Shown: positions 30,206 through 39,939 of the stretch, piece by piece
How the letters are laid out: the number at the start of each line of letters is the position of its first letter
Numbering within the stretch: position 1 is the stretch's first letter
NCBI GenBank assembly: GCA_017515795.1
Contig: JAFWEE010000008.1
Coordinates: 6,549 to 70,548 of the forward strand
DNA from: Bacilli bacterium
GTDB lineage: Bacteria > Bacillota_I > Bacilli_A > RF39 > UBA660
DNA: 64,000 nt
Direction: 5' to 3'
Translations under genes and position numbers: made by a program
Notes under the pieces: generated by a model
What the model was told of the DNA's origin: nothing
Database searches by the model: none
The model's input: only the letters and a program-made list of their open reading frames with translations

Positions 30206-30234
30206 ATTATATCATTCATTTGATGCATTTTCAA
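30206..30234 (-). promoter_or_regulatory. Promoter of the Val T-box operon
   Basis: Minus strand TTGAAA (30234-30229), 17-nt spacer, TGATATAAT extended -10 (ends 30206); lies in and just after the 3' end of the upstream gene. Confidence 0.55.
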
Positions 30235-32128
30235 CTTCTTTTTGTTTTTCTTCTTCAAGTAATCTTTCGTTTTCTTCCTCTATTTTCTTTAAAGTATTAT
30301 TCTTAATTACTTCATTTGTTTCATCTTTTAATTCTTTTAATATATTTTCTTTACCATCTATATAGTATTCAAAATCTCTATCATTTACTTTAACAAATCT
30401 ATTTGATTTAATAATATGCCCTGTTTCATTTGGCCCTAATAAAAATTGATTTTCTTCTTTAGACATGTCAATATAATATACTTTATATTCATTTTCAATT
30501 AATGTTTTAAAGAAAGTATAATACTCACTTTCATCTTTTTTCTTAAATATTAATACATAATAGATTCCATCATCTATTTTATATATATCATGTCCATTTA
30601 TTTCATTAAAGTCTTCTAATTTATTAATATTGGTCTTCTTATATGTAATATATGTTTGTTTATACATACCCATTTTTATATTAAAAATATTATAACCTTT
30701 TACATATAATACTAAGATAACTACTAATAATAGAATTACTACTAATTGTAAAATATACAAGTTAGTTATATTAAATATTTTTCTTAATATAGGATGTTTA
30801 ATTACTTTTTCTTCAGGTTCTGATTTAATTTCAGGTACTACTTCTTCTTTTCTGAAGAATTCATCTATTAAACAATCTAAACTCTTTTGTTTATTAAATA
30901 CATCATAGTATTTAGTTATATCACTATAACTAATTAGAGGATCATCATTAGTTCTTCCTCCAATAATACCTAGATTGTCTTCATAAACATCAGTTATATA
31001 TTTATCTAAACCATTATTCTTTAATAAATAGTCTGTAGCAAAGTCTCTAACTATTTCGTTATATTCTTTTTTTGCTTTAAATTTAAATAAATAATACGGA
31101 TTTCCATTTCTATCTATTTGTTTATAGAACTTAATTGATTTAGGTTCTCTTTCATAGTTATATATAGATGAATACATATTATAGAAATCTGATTCTGCTA
31201 TTGATATTTCATCTTTATACTTTTTAGGCATAACATCAGATTTATTATAATAAATTAATAAATTATATAATAAAGATCTACTTCTTAAATCTTTAGCTAT
31301 TGGGTTAAGATTTAATTTCTTAATACTCTTTTTCTTTTTAATGTATGATTCTAAAACAAATAATTTTAATTGATTATCTTTATGTTTAAATAATTTTTCT
31401 AAATATGTTTTTGTTTTAGGATTATTACAATAAAATTCAATATTTAAAGTACTTTCTACTACATATCTAAGACCTAAATACTCTTTATTAAGCATTATGT
31501 CTTCACCAGGCATAAACTTAAATTTTAATAGTTCTTCTATAGGCATAGATATATGTTTAATTAAGTCTTTTTTATGTTTTTTTAGATCATCTATTGGAAC
31601 TATTCCTAAATTAATAAAATTATTTAATAAAATTATTAATGAATATTTTTTATTATCAGATTTGAATGCATCATATAAATCAGGATATAATACATCATAA
31701 TTATCTTTGTTATTACTTAGGGTACCTATTGGTAATTTATTATCTTCTGGTTCAAATTTGTTTATTATTAAATACTTCCATAATATTGTAGCATCTATAT
31801 TATTAGCATTTGCTAAATATGATAATAAATCTAACTGTGTTTCTTTATCATAATTATCATAGTTTTCCATTAATGGTTCACTATATTCTTTTTTATAATC
31901 ATTGAATAAAAGTAATAATATCATTGAATTAATATTCATACTTTCATATATTTTGTCATACTTATATGAAGCATTCTCTATTATTCTTAATGCTATGTCT
32001 TCTGTTAAAGGTATTTTCTTTAATTTTTCATATGCATTATCTTTTTGCTTTACTGTTCCAGTATTTATTTTTTCAAGGTATAAAGATGCCTTTGTTAAGT
32101 TAATACTATTCTTAATTTTATTAAACAT
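30212..32128 (-). CDS. Hypothetical single-pass membrane protein (638 aa)
   Basis: Long ORF with one TM segment (ILQLVVILLLVVILVLYV) near residue 480. ATG at 32128 is preferred (RBS AGGTGGTGA); TGA stop. Confidence 0.7.
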   Translation of the reverse strand: MFNKIKNSINLTKASLYLEKINTGTVKQKDNAYEKLKKIPLTEDIALRIIENASYKYDKIYESMNINSMILLLLFNDYKKEYSEPLMENYDNYDKETQLDLLSYLANANNIDATILWKYLIINKFEPEDNKLPIGTLSNNKDNYDVLYPDLYDAFKSDNKKYSLIILLNNFINLGIVPIDDLKKHKKDLIKHISMPIEELLKFKFMPGEDIMLNKEYLGLRYVVESTLNIEFYCNNPKTKTYLEKLFKHKDNQLKLFVLESYIKKKKSIKKLNLNPIAKDLRSRSLLYNLLIYYNKSDVMPKKYKDEISIAESDFYNMYSSIYNYEREPKSIKFYKQIDRNGNPYYLFKFKAKKEYNEIVRDFATDYLLKNNGLDKYITDVYEDNLGIIGGRTNDDPLISYSDITKYYDVFNKQKSLDCLIDEFFRKEEVVPEIKSEPEEKVIKHPILRKIFNITNLYILQLVVILLLVVILVLYVKGYNIFNIKMGMYKQTYITYKKTNINKLEDFNEINGHDIYKIDDGIYYVLIFKKKDESEYYTFFKTLIENEYKVYYIDMSKEENQFLLGPNETGHIIKSNRFVKVNDRDFEYYIDGKENILKELKDETNEVIKNNTLKKIEEENERLLEEEKQKEVENASNE

Positions 32129-32205
32129 CTTTATCACCACCTACAAAAATAATTATATCAAAAAAATATAAAAAAAGAAGATATTATTTAAAAATAATAT
32201 CTTAT

Positions 32206-32454
32206 TTACTTATTTTTTAAATATGTCTTCTTTAATGGTTTAGAATCTAAATATCTATCATAATAAGTTACACCTGAAAGAGATGCTATTTTATTTACTT
32301 TTATATGTTCGCCATTAAGTGGAAGACAAATATTTTTTATTAATACAGTTGAATCAGTAGCAGCCTTTAACATACCTATAATTGTGTCTACTTCACTAGA
32401 TATTGTATATGTACATGTAACTGTTTCTCCTATATGTTCATTTAATTTATTCAT
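32206..32454 (-). CDS. Hypothetical small protein (82 aa), translationally coupled to lon
   Basis: ATG lies 2 nt after the lon stop; the RBS AGGTGA is formed by the last lon codons. Confidence 0.55.
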   Translation of the reverse strand: MNKLNEHIGETVTCTYTISSEVDTIIGMLKAATDSTVLIKNICLPLNGEHIKVNKIASLSGVTYYDRYLDSKPLKKTYLKNK

Positions 32455-32456
32455 TT

Positions 32457-34760
32457 TTATTCACCTTTAAATATATTATCATATATTTCTTTATAATTGT
32501 CTACTAAAATGAATTTAACTTTCTTTTTTATTTCGTTTGGTATTTCTTCTAAGTCGTTTTCATTAGTTTTTGGAATAAAAATAGTATTTACTCCTTGGTT
32601 ATAAGCTCCAATAACTTTTTCTTTTAGACCACCTATTTTAAGTACTTTACCTTTTAAAGTTATTTCTCCTGTCATAGCTATCTTATGAGACACTTTAATG
32701 CCTGTTAAAGAAGAGATTATTGCTGTAGTAAGCGTAACACCTGCTGATGGACCATCTTTCTTTGTAGCCCCTTCTAATGCGTTTATATGTAGATCATTTT
32801 TTTCTAATAAAGTTTTATTAATTTTAAACTCTTTATAATTACATTTAACGTAACCTAAAGCTACATTAGCACTTTCTTTCATTACGTCTCCTAAAGAACC
32901 TGTAAGTATTATTTTACCTGTTCCATCATAGAATGATGTTTCTATAGGAAGAAGAACTCCTCCAAAAGGAGTATATCCAAGACCATTAACTACTCCTGGA
33001 TCATGTTCATCATTGTTTACTTCTGTAAATTTCTCTTTGCCAAGATATTTCTTTATTTCTTTAGATGTAATATTTACTTTCTTTTTATTATTTACTTGTT
33101 CTTTAGCTATTTTTCTTAAAATAGTTGATAGAACTCTTCTAAGTTCCCTAACACCTGCTTCTTTAGTATAATTACTGATCAAATACTTAATAGCAGAGTC
33201 AGATATAGTTATATCATTTGTTAAACCATGTTCTTCTAGTAATATACTAAATAAATGATTTTTAACTATATCTATTTTTTCAAATTCCGTATAAGAAGAT
33301 AATTCTATTATTTCTAGTCTATCTTGAAGAGCATATGGTATTTCTTCTATGTTATTAGCAGTTAATACAAACATTACATTAGATAAATCTATTCCTTCTT
33401 CTATATAATTATCACTGAATGTTTTATTTTGTTCTTTATCTAATACCTCTAGCATAGCTGCTGCAGGATCTCCTTGAATACCCTTACCCATTTTATCTAT
33501 TTCATCTATTAAGAATAATGGATTCATACTTTTAGCTTTAATAATAGATGAAATAATTCTACCAGGCATAGCTCCTACATATGTTTTTCTATGTCCAATT
33601 ATTTCATTTTCGTCAGATACTCCTCCAACAGAAATCTTAACAAAGTTTCTATTTAATGCTTTAGCTATAGAGTATGCTAGTGATGTTTTACCAGTTCCTG
33701 GAGGACCTACTAAACAAATTATTGGACTAGTTAATGAATTAGTTAATTTCTTGACTGATATATACTCTAATATTCTTTCTTTAATATTTTCTAGTCCATT
33801 ATGATTATCATCTAATACTTTTTTAATTTTATCTAGAGACTCTTCATCTTTAGTATATACTCCAAACGGTATAGACATTAATGTATCTATATAGTTTTTA
33901 GTAATAGTATATTCAGGTGAAGTAAATGGAATTGTTTCAAATCTATTTACTTCTTTAGTAAGCCTATCAATTATATTACTAGGAGCCTCTAATTTACTTA
34001 TTTTTTTTCTTATTAAATCTATATCTTCTTCTTTGGAGTCTTTTTCTCCTAATTCTTTTTTAATTACATTAAGTTTTTCTCTTAAAATAAATTCTTTTTG
34101 AGTTTTATCTAACTCTTTTTGAAGATCTTCATCTATATTCTTTTCTAATCTTTCTACTTTTTCTTCTTTAACTAATAGATCTATTAAGTAGTTACCTCTA
34201 ATAATAGGATTAGTAGTCATTAAGAATAGATATTTATTTTGAAAGTTTAATGGAAGTATATTTACTATTATATCTGTTATTTTTTCTAATGATTGTTCTT
34301 CATTTATTTTAGAAACTATCATATTAGATATATTAGGCATTACATTCACATAGTTAGCAAATTCTCTTTTTATAACTCTTAATGATGCATCATTTTCTTC
34401 TTCTTTTATTTCATCTATTTTAACAGGACCTATAATAGCATCTAATATATCTTCTTTTTGTATATATTCAAATATATGAGCTCTATTAATACCTCTTATA
34501 TTAATTCTAATATGTTCATTTGGAAGTACTATATTACTTGTTATTTTACCTATAATACCTATATTAGGAAGTTCATTAGTATTAAGATTTTCATTAGTAA
34601 TATATTTAGGAGTTACAAGAAGGCAGTAACCATTATGTTTATTAACCGCATTATAAATTATATTTTTATCTTCTTCATTTTCTATTTCTAATTTAAGTTC
34701 ACCAAGAGGTAAAAGAACCATGTTTCTTAAGATGATAACTGGCAATTTTGTCTTTATCAT
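32457..34760 (-). CDS. lon: ATP-dependent Lon protease (LonA)
   Basis: 767 aa; Walker A GPPGTGKTSLA; catalytic DGPSAGVT; N-terminal LON domain. Confidence 0.96.
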   Translation of the reverse strand: MIKTKLPVIILRNMVLLPLGELKLEIENEEDKNIIYNAVNKHNGYCLLVTPKYITNENLNTNELPNIGIIGKITSNIVLPNEHIRINIRGINRAHIFEYIQKEDILDAIIGPVKIDEIKEEENDASLRVIKREFANYVNVMPNISNMIVSKINEEQSLEKITDIIVNILPLNFQNKYLFLMTTNPIIRGNYLIDLLVKEEKVERLEKNIDEDLQKELDKTQKEFILREKLNVIKKELGEKDSKEEDIDLIRKKISKLEAPSNIIDRLTKEVNRFETIPFTSPEYTITKNYIDTLMSIPFGVYTKDEESLDKIKKVLDDNHNGLENIKERILEYISVKKLTNSLTSPIICLVGPPGTGKTSLAYSIAKALNRNFVKISVGGVSDENEIIGHRKTYVGAMPGRIISSIIKAKSMNPLFLIDEIDKMGKGIQGDPAAAMLEVLDKEQNKTFSDNYIEEGIDLSNVMFVLTANNIEEIPYALQDRLEIIELSSYTEFEKIDIVKNHLFSILLEEHGLTNDITISDSAIKYLISNYTKEAGVRELRRVLSTILRKIAKEQVNNKKKVNITSKEIKKYLGKEKFTEVNNDEHDPGVVNGLGYTPFGGVLLPIETSFYDGTGKIILTGSLGDVMKESANVALGYVKCNYKEFKINKTLLEKNDLHINALEGATKKDGPSAGVTLTTAIISSLTGIKVSHKIAMTGEITLKGKVLKIGGLKEKVIGAYNQGVNTIFIPKTNENDLEEIPNEIKKKVKFILVDNYKEIYDNIFKGE

Positions 34761-34847
34761 GGAATACTACCTCCTTTATTTACAAACATTGTTTATTATA
34801 AATTATTACAAAAAAATGTCAATAAAAAAGAACCATTTTGGTTCTTT

Positions 34848-35603
34848 TTATTTAATTTTTTCATATACAATATTAACTGCATATTCATTTTCTTCTTCTG
34901 TAAATTTTTCTAATCTTAAATATCTTGCTGCTTGAGCCTTATCATATTTTTTATAGAATCTATAATAACATGCATCTGCTAATGCTTGTTCATAAAAGTC
35001 TACATCTTTTATTTCATTCATAGCATACCCAATTTCTTCTTCAGTAAATAATTCATCAATTAGTTTATTTTTAATACTTTCTTTTGAATGACCTGTTTCT
35101 AATCTTTTATAAACTACCATTAATGCTTGATCATTATAATCAATATTTGCGTTATTAACTACATATTCAGCAGCTTCAGAAGTTATGCCTTCTTTTACTA
35201 TTGCATTTTTAACACCTTCTAATGAGAAACCACTACCATTTCTACCTCTAATTTTTCTAAGTAGTTTGTCATATGCTTCATTATAATCTTCTGATAAATT
35301 TAAAGCTTTAACATCAGAATCTTTATATACATATTCTTTAATTTCTTTTCTTAATTCATCTTCTTTATCATCAAATCTAGATAAATCTACACCCATATAT
35401 TTTTCATCAAGTATTTCTTTATAAACTATATTTATTTTATTGTTTAATGAGTCTGTAAAAGTATATAGTATTTTACTTTCTTGTTTTTTATCTTCATTTC
35501 CTTTATCTTTTGGTGATGTAAGTTTAATTATTAAAAGTATACCTAAACTTACTACTAATAATGCTCCTACTATTATTATAATTTTCTTTACTAGTTTATT
35601 CAT
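34848..35603 (-). CDS. Membrane-anchored protein with three Ltp-like helical repeats
   Basis: N-terminal TM segment, then three repeats of the pattern (G)FS/HS...(I/F)T-EEA-YA(V/M)N as in the Ltp / host-cell-surface-exposed lipoprotein family. Confidence 0.65.
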   Translation of the reverse strand: MNKLVKKIIIIVGALLVVSLGILLIIKLTSPKDKGNEDKKQESKILYTFTDSLNNKINIVYKEILDEKYMGVDLSRFDDKEDELRKEIKEYVYKDSDVKALNLSEDYNEAYDKLLRKIRGRNGSGFSLEGVKNAIVKEGITSEAAEYVVNNANIDYNDQALMVVYKRLETGHSKESIKNKLIDELFTEEEIGYAMNEIKDVDFYEQALADACYYRFYKKYDKAQAARYLRLEKFTEEENEYAVNIVYEKIK

Positions 35604-35652
35604 ATTATTTATCTCCTCATAAATAATAATAACATAAAAAGACTAGAATATA

Positions 35653-36897
35653 CTAGTCTTTAATTACTTCAATAGCTTTTCTCATTTGAAGTTCATATTC
35701 AATCATATCTTTAGAAGCTACATGATGTTCAAATTCTTCTACTGGAATATTATATGCTTTAGCAGCTTTTTCCATTTCTTCTTTAACTTCTTTAGCAGAT
35801 ACTTTGATGTCTTCTAATTTAACTATTTCTTCTAACATAAATCTATATTTAACTCTAATAGTTGCATCATTTCTCATTTGTTCTCTTAGTTGTTCTTCAG
35901 TACTATTAGTATATTTATAGAATGCATCTAAGTTCATACCTTGCATTTGAAGATTTCTTGAATATTCTTCAACCATCTTATCAATTTCTTCTTCTACTAA
36001 TTCATCTGGAATTTCAACTTCAGTATTCTTAGAAATTTCTTCTAATAAAGCATCAATATATTTATTTTCCGATTCATATTCTTTTCTTCCAGTTATTTGA
36101 TCTTTAATTACTTCTTTTAAAGATTTTTCATCTTTAACACCTTCCATACCAAGGTCTAAGAAGAAATCTTCATTAAGTTCAGGTAATTTCTTAGTTTTAA
36201 CTTCATGAACTTTAACTTTAAATATTACTTTTTGCCCTTTTAATTCTTCAGTGTGATAGTTTTCTGGGAAAATTAATTCTAAGTCTTTTTCGTCTCCTGA
36301 TTTAAGACCAATTAAACCTTCTTCAAAACCAGGTATAAATGAATTAGATCCGATAGTTAATGAATAGTTTTCACCTTTACCACCTTCAAATGCTACACCA
36401 TCTTTGAATCCTTCAAAGTCAATTATAGCAATATCTCCATTTTCAATCTTACCTTCTTTAATAACTATATCAGCCATTCTAGCTTGTAAGTTCTTAACTT
36501 CTTCATCTATTTCTTCATTAGTTACTTTAACAGCATCTTTCTTAACTTTTAAGTCTTTATATTTCTTAATCTTAACTTCTGGTCTAGTAGTAATAGTGAA
36601 TTTAATTTTACAACAATGATCACATACTTCTAAAACATCTATATTAGGATTAATAATAGGTTCTAATTTATTATCTTTTAATACTTTTGGATATTCAGTT
36701 TGAAGTAAATCATTAATTGCATCATAGTATAAACTTTCTACTCCGTATTTTTTAATAAATACTTCTTTAGTTACTTTACCTTTTCTAAATCCAGGAATAT
36801 TAACTTTTAATTTAGCTGTATTGAAAGCTGCATCAATTGCATCTTCCCACTTTTTACCTTTAATTTCTACTTCTATTTCATGTATATTCTTAGCCAT
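35653..36897 (-). CDS. tig: Trigger factor
   Basis: 414 aa; ribosome-binding PGFRKGKV; central FKBP-like segment; RBS AGGAGG. Confidence 0.95.
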   Translation of the reverse strand: MAKNIHEIEVEIKGKKWEDAIDAAFNTAKLKVNIPGFRKGKVTKEVFIKKYGVESLYYDAINDLLQTEYPKVLKDNKLEPIINPNIDVLEVCDHCCKIKFTITTRPEVKIKKYKDLKVKKDAVKVTNEEIDEEVKNLQARMADIVIKEGKIENGDIAIIDFEGFKDGVAFEGGKGENYSLTIGSNSFIPGFEEGLIGLKSGDEKDLELIFPENYHTEELKGQKVIFKVKVHEVKTKKLPELNEDFFLDLGMEGVKDEKSLKEVIKDQITGRKEYESENKYIDALLEEISKNTEVEIPDELVEEEIDKMVEEYSRNLQMQGMNLDAFYKYTNSTEEQLREQMRNDATIRVKYRFMLEEIVKLEDIKVSAKEVKEEMEKAAKAYNIPVEEFEHHVASKDMIEYELQMRKAIEVIKD

Positions 36898-36906
36898 AGT
36901 AACCTC

Positions 36907-37377
36907 CTACTTAATAGATATGATTTTTACATCATAATTTCCGTTTGGACTTTCAATTGAAACTGTATCTCCAACTTTCTTACCCATAATAGCAACAGCT
37001 ATAGGAGATTCATTAGAAATCTTATTTTCAAATGGATCAGCTTCTGTTGAACCAACTATTTGATATGTATCTTTTTCTTTATCATCAACATATTCTATTT
37101 CTACTGTAGAACCAATCTTAATAGAATTAGATTTTGTACTAGATATAATTGTAGCGTTATCAATTAAATATTCAAGTTCTTTAATTCTAGCTTCAATTTG
37201 ACCTTGTTTATCTTTAGCAGCATGATATTCAGCATTTTCAGATAAGTCTCCTTGAGCTCTAGCTTCTTTTATTTGAATAATTACTTCAGGTCTCTTATTA
37301 TCTTTTAGATCCTTAAGTTCCTCTTGTAATTCATTTAAACCCTCTTTTGTTAAGAAAATTTCTTTCTTTTCGTTCAT
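36907..37377 (-). CDS. greA: Transcription elongation factor GreA
   Basis: LSENAEYHAAKD motif; ATG at 37377 is preferred (RBS AAGGAG). Confidence 0.93.
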   Translation of the reverse strand: MNEKKEIFLTKEGLNELQEELKDLKDNKRPEVIIQIKEARAQGDLSENAEYHAAKDKQGQIEARIKELEYLIDNATIISSTKSNSIKIGSTVEIEYVDDKEKDTYQIVGSTEADPFENKISNESPIAVAIMGKKVGDTVSIESPNGNYDVKIISIK

Positions 37378-37416
37378 TGTAATCACTCCTTATGTAATAT
37401 GCATCAAACGTCTCAA

Positions 37417-37445
37417 ATTATATTATAAATTACATCAAATGTCAA
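37417..37445 (-). promoter_or_regulatory. Consensus sigma-A promoter of greA
   Basis: Minus strand TTGACA (37445-37440), 17-nt spacer, TATAAT (37422-37417). Confidence 0.6.
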
Positions 37446-37466
37446 TGTAATTAGGATAATTAATTA

Positions 37467-37497
37467 TAAAAAAATACAACCAAAAACATGGTTGTAT
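37467..37497 (-). terminator. Rho-independent terminator after the ABC transporter pair
   Basis: ATACAACC / GGTTGTAT hairpin with a U7 run on the minus strand. Confidence 0.7.
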
Positions 37498-37503
37498 TTT
37501 TAA

Positions 37504-39939
37504 TTAATCTACATCATTTCTTGCAAGTATATTAGCAGGAGACTTTTTAATAGTATTTCTAACTGGTAATAAGCCTACTATTAAGTTAAATATTAGGAAT
37601 ACTAATACAGATAGTATGGCTACTCTATAATTAAGCATATAATTATTCTTAAAGAACTCTAGATCTGCTAATGTTTTTAAAATATTATACATAAGCCATA
37701 TACCAGGAATAGATGAAATAATAGTTATAGCTACTATTTCATTAGAAAACATCTTATAAATATCTGTTTTCTTAACTCCTATAGCTCTCATAGTACCTAC
37801 TTCTTTAATTCTAGACATAAATGATGATCTAATCATTAAATATATTTCAAGGAATGATATTCCAAGAAGAACACATGCAATAATAATTGAAGATCTAGTT
37901 TGTTTTAATTGTTGAGTCTTATACTTTTCTTTACTTTCTTCATATGTATTCTTATATTTAATTTCCATATCTTTTATTTCATTAATAAATGCTTTTTCAT
38001 CTTTAGGATATACAGTAAAGTTTTTATATTTAGAAATATTAAGAACATTTATCATATTTTCATTAACATAGTAAGTACTTTCATTTCTATTTGATTCATA
38101 AAAACCTACTAATACTAGTTTTCTATCGTTTATTTTAGCATTTATCTCTTTATCTAACTTATATGTATTATCATATTCATTATAATTAGTATAATTAATA
38201 ACTACTTCATAATCATTTTGAGGAAGTCTTCCTTTTTTTATATTTAAATTAGCAGTTTCATAATTCTTATATGAATCAGTAGTTGTATAATCAACTTCAC
38301 TATAATAATCATTCATATTTTTATTAGTATATAGAACTTTTATAAATTCACTATTACTAATATATAATGATGGACTACTTAAATCTACTACACCGCTAAC
38401 AGTATATATATCATTACCAATTTTAATTTTTTGATTAACAAAGTCTTCATATTTTAAGATATTGAATTGATTTAAAGGACTTGTCATATTATCTTTAAAT
38501 TTTTCATATAGGAATTTATCTATTACTACTTCACTATTATTTTCTGGTAGTCTACCAGCTATTATGTCTTTTTCTTTTAACATATTAACTGATGCCATAG
38601 AAGATGCATAACTAGTTCCTTGATATTTAAACTGATATAAATCACTTTCAATACTAAAGTATATAGTAGAATCTCCAGGTAATACATAATCTACTGATTC
38701 TAAAGAAATAAGTTTATAATATAAATCTAAATTTTTCTTAGATGATGAAATACTATAATAATTCTTATTATATTCAACAAATTGTGAGTCTTTTATATCT
38801 AATATTCCAAATATATTACTTAGAGCATAGAATATAAACATTATAGAGAATACAAATCCAATTAATAGTATTTTCTTTAAAACTGAATATGATTTTACTT
38901 TAGAAAATCCTAGTTTTAAACCACTAAATAGATTATATATTGATGAATATCTAATCTTACTCTTAGAATTATCTAACATAGATAAATCAAAGTTATTCTT
39001 TTCATAATCTTCTTTAGTAATAGCTTTATAATTATCGTTTATAAATTCTATATTAGAACTTTCATCTACTACTTCTACATTTCTATTACTAGATTTTATA
39101 TAGATATTACCATTTTTAATAGCTATATCTAAATCTATATTTATTTCACTATTAGAATAAATATTAAAATTATATCCATTCTTTTGAATTTTATCTTGTA
39201 TCTTATAGTCTTTTAAATAGATTCTATTATCCATTCTAAGATCTAATTGATCATTATTAGTATTTTCTTCATTAGATATTATTTTTCCATCTTCTAGTTT
39301 AATTATTCTAGATGCATAGAAGTATGCTATATCTTTTTCATGAGTAACTAATATTACTAGTTTAGAGTTAGATATATTTTTAATAATATTCATAACTTCT
39401 ATAGTATTTTTAGAGTCTAAGTTACCAGTTGGTTCATCTGCAATAATAACAGATGGATTTTTAACTAGAGCTCTTGCTATTGCTACTCTTTGTCTTTGAC
39501 CTCCAGATAAATCAGAACATAGTCTATTTCTAAATCTATACATATTAGTCTTCTCTAAGACATAGTATACTCTATTTTCTATTTCTTTTTTGTTTTTAAT
39601 ACCAATCATCTTTAGTGATATTGCGATATTATCAAAAACAGTCATATTATCAAGTAAATTAAAGTTTTGGAATATATATCCAATATTTAAAGTTCTTAGT
39701 TTATCTTTTGTATAAGTAGTGCCTCTTGGCATCTTTTTACCATTAATATAGATAGATCCAGAATTAATCTTATCTAGACCTCCTATCGCATTTAAAAGTG
39801 TGGTTTTACCGCATCCACTCTCCCCTAAAAGCGCTACTAATCCTGTTTCAGGTAATTCTAAATTAGTATTATTTATTACATGTATTTGATTGCTTTTAAA
39901 TCTATTAAAATATTTATTTACATTAACTAACTTTATCAT
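37504..39939 (-). CDS. MacB-type ABC transporter, fused ATPase plus FtsX-family permease
   Basis: 811 aa; GESGCGKTTLLN, LSGGQRQRVAIARAL, ADEPTGNLD; then a TM segment, a large extracytoplasmic region and a C-terminal FtsX-like 3-TM bundle. Confidence 0.88.
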   Translation of the reverse strand: MIKLVNVNKYFNRFKSNQIHVINNTNLELPETGLVALLGESGCGKTTLLNAIGGLDKINSGSIYINGKKMPRGTTYTKDKLRTLNIGYIFQNFNLLDNMTVFDNIAISLKMIGIKNKKEIENRVYYVLEKTNMYRFRNRLCSDLSGGQRQRVAIARALVKNPSVIIADEPTGNLDSKNTIEVMNIIKNISNSKLVILVTHEKDIAYFYASRIIKLEDGKIISNEENTNNDQLDLRMDNRIYLKDYKIQDKIQKNGYNFNIYSNSEINIDLDIAIKNGNIYIKSSNRNVEVVDESSNIEFINDNYKAITKEDYEKNNFDLSMLDNSKSKIRYSSIYNLFSGLKLGFSKVKSYSVLKKILLIGFVFSIMFIFYALSNIFGILDIKDSQFVEYNKNYYSISSSKKNLDLYYKLISLESVDYVLPGDSTIYFSIESDLYQFKYQGTSYASSMASVNMLKEKDIIAGRLPENNSEVVIDKFLYEKFKDNMTSPLNQFNILKYEDFVNQKIKIGNDIYTVSGVVDLSSPSLYISNSEFIKVLYTNKNMNDYYSEVDYTTTDSYKNYETANLNIKKGRLPQNDYEVVINYTNYNEYDNTYKLDKEINAKINDRKLVLVGFYESNRNESTYYVNENMINVLNISKYKNFTVYPKDEKAFINEIKDMEIKYKNTYEESKEKYKTQQLKQTRSSIIIACVLLGISFLEIYLMIRSSFMSRIKEVGTMRAIGVKKTDIYKMFSNEIVAITIISSIPGIWLMYNILKTLADLEFFKNNYMLNYRVAILSVLVFLIFNLIVGLLPVRNTIKKSPANILARNDVD

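Noticed and set aside
30212-30214. Alternative genetic code (UGA=Trp, as in Mollicutes), considered because of the extreme AT content
   Set aside because: TGA terminates well-defined genes (the 638-aa protein at 30212-30214 and cmk at 48690-48692). Conserved Trp positions in ValRS, IleRS and ThyA translate correctly under the standard code used by the ORF track
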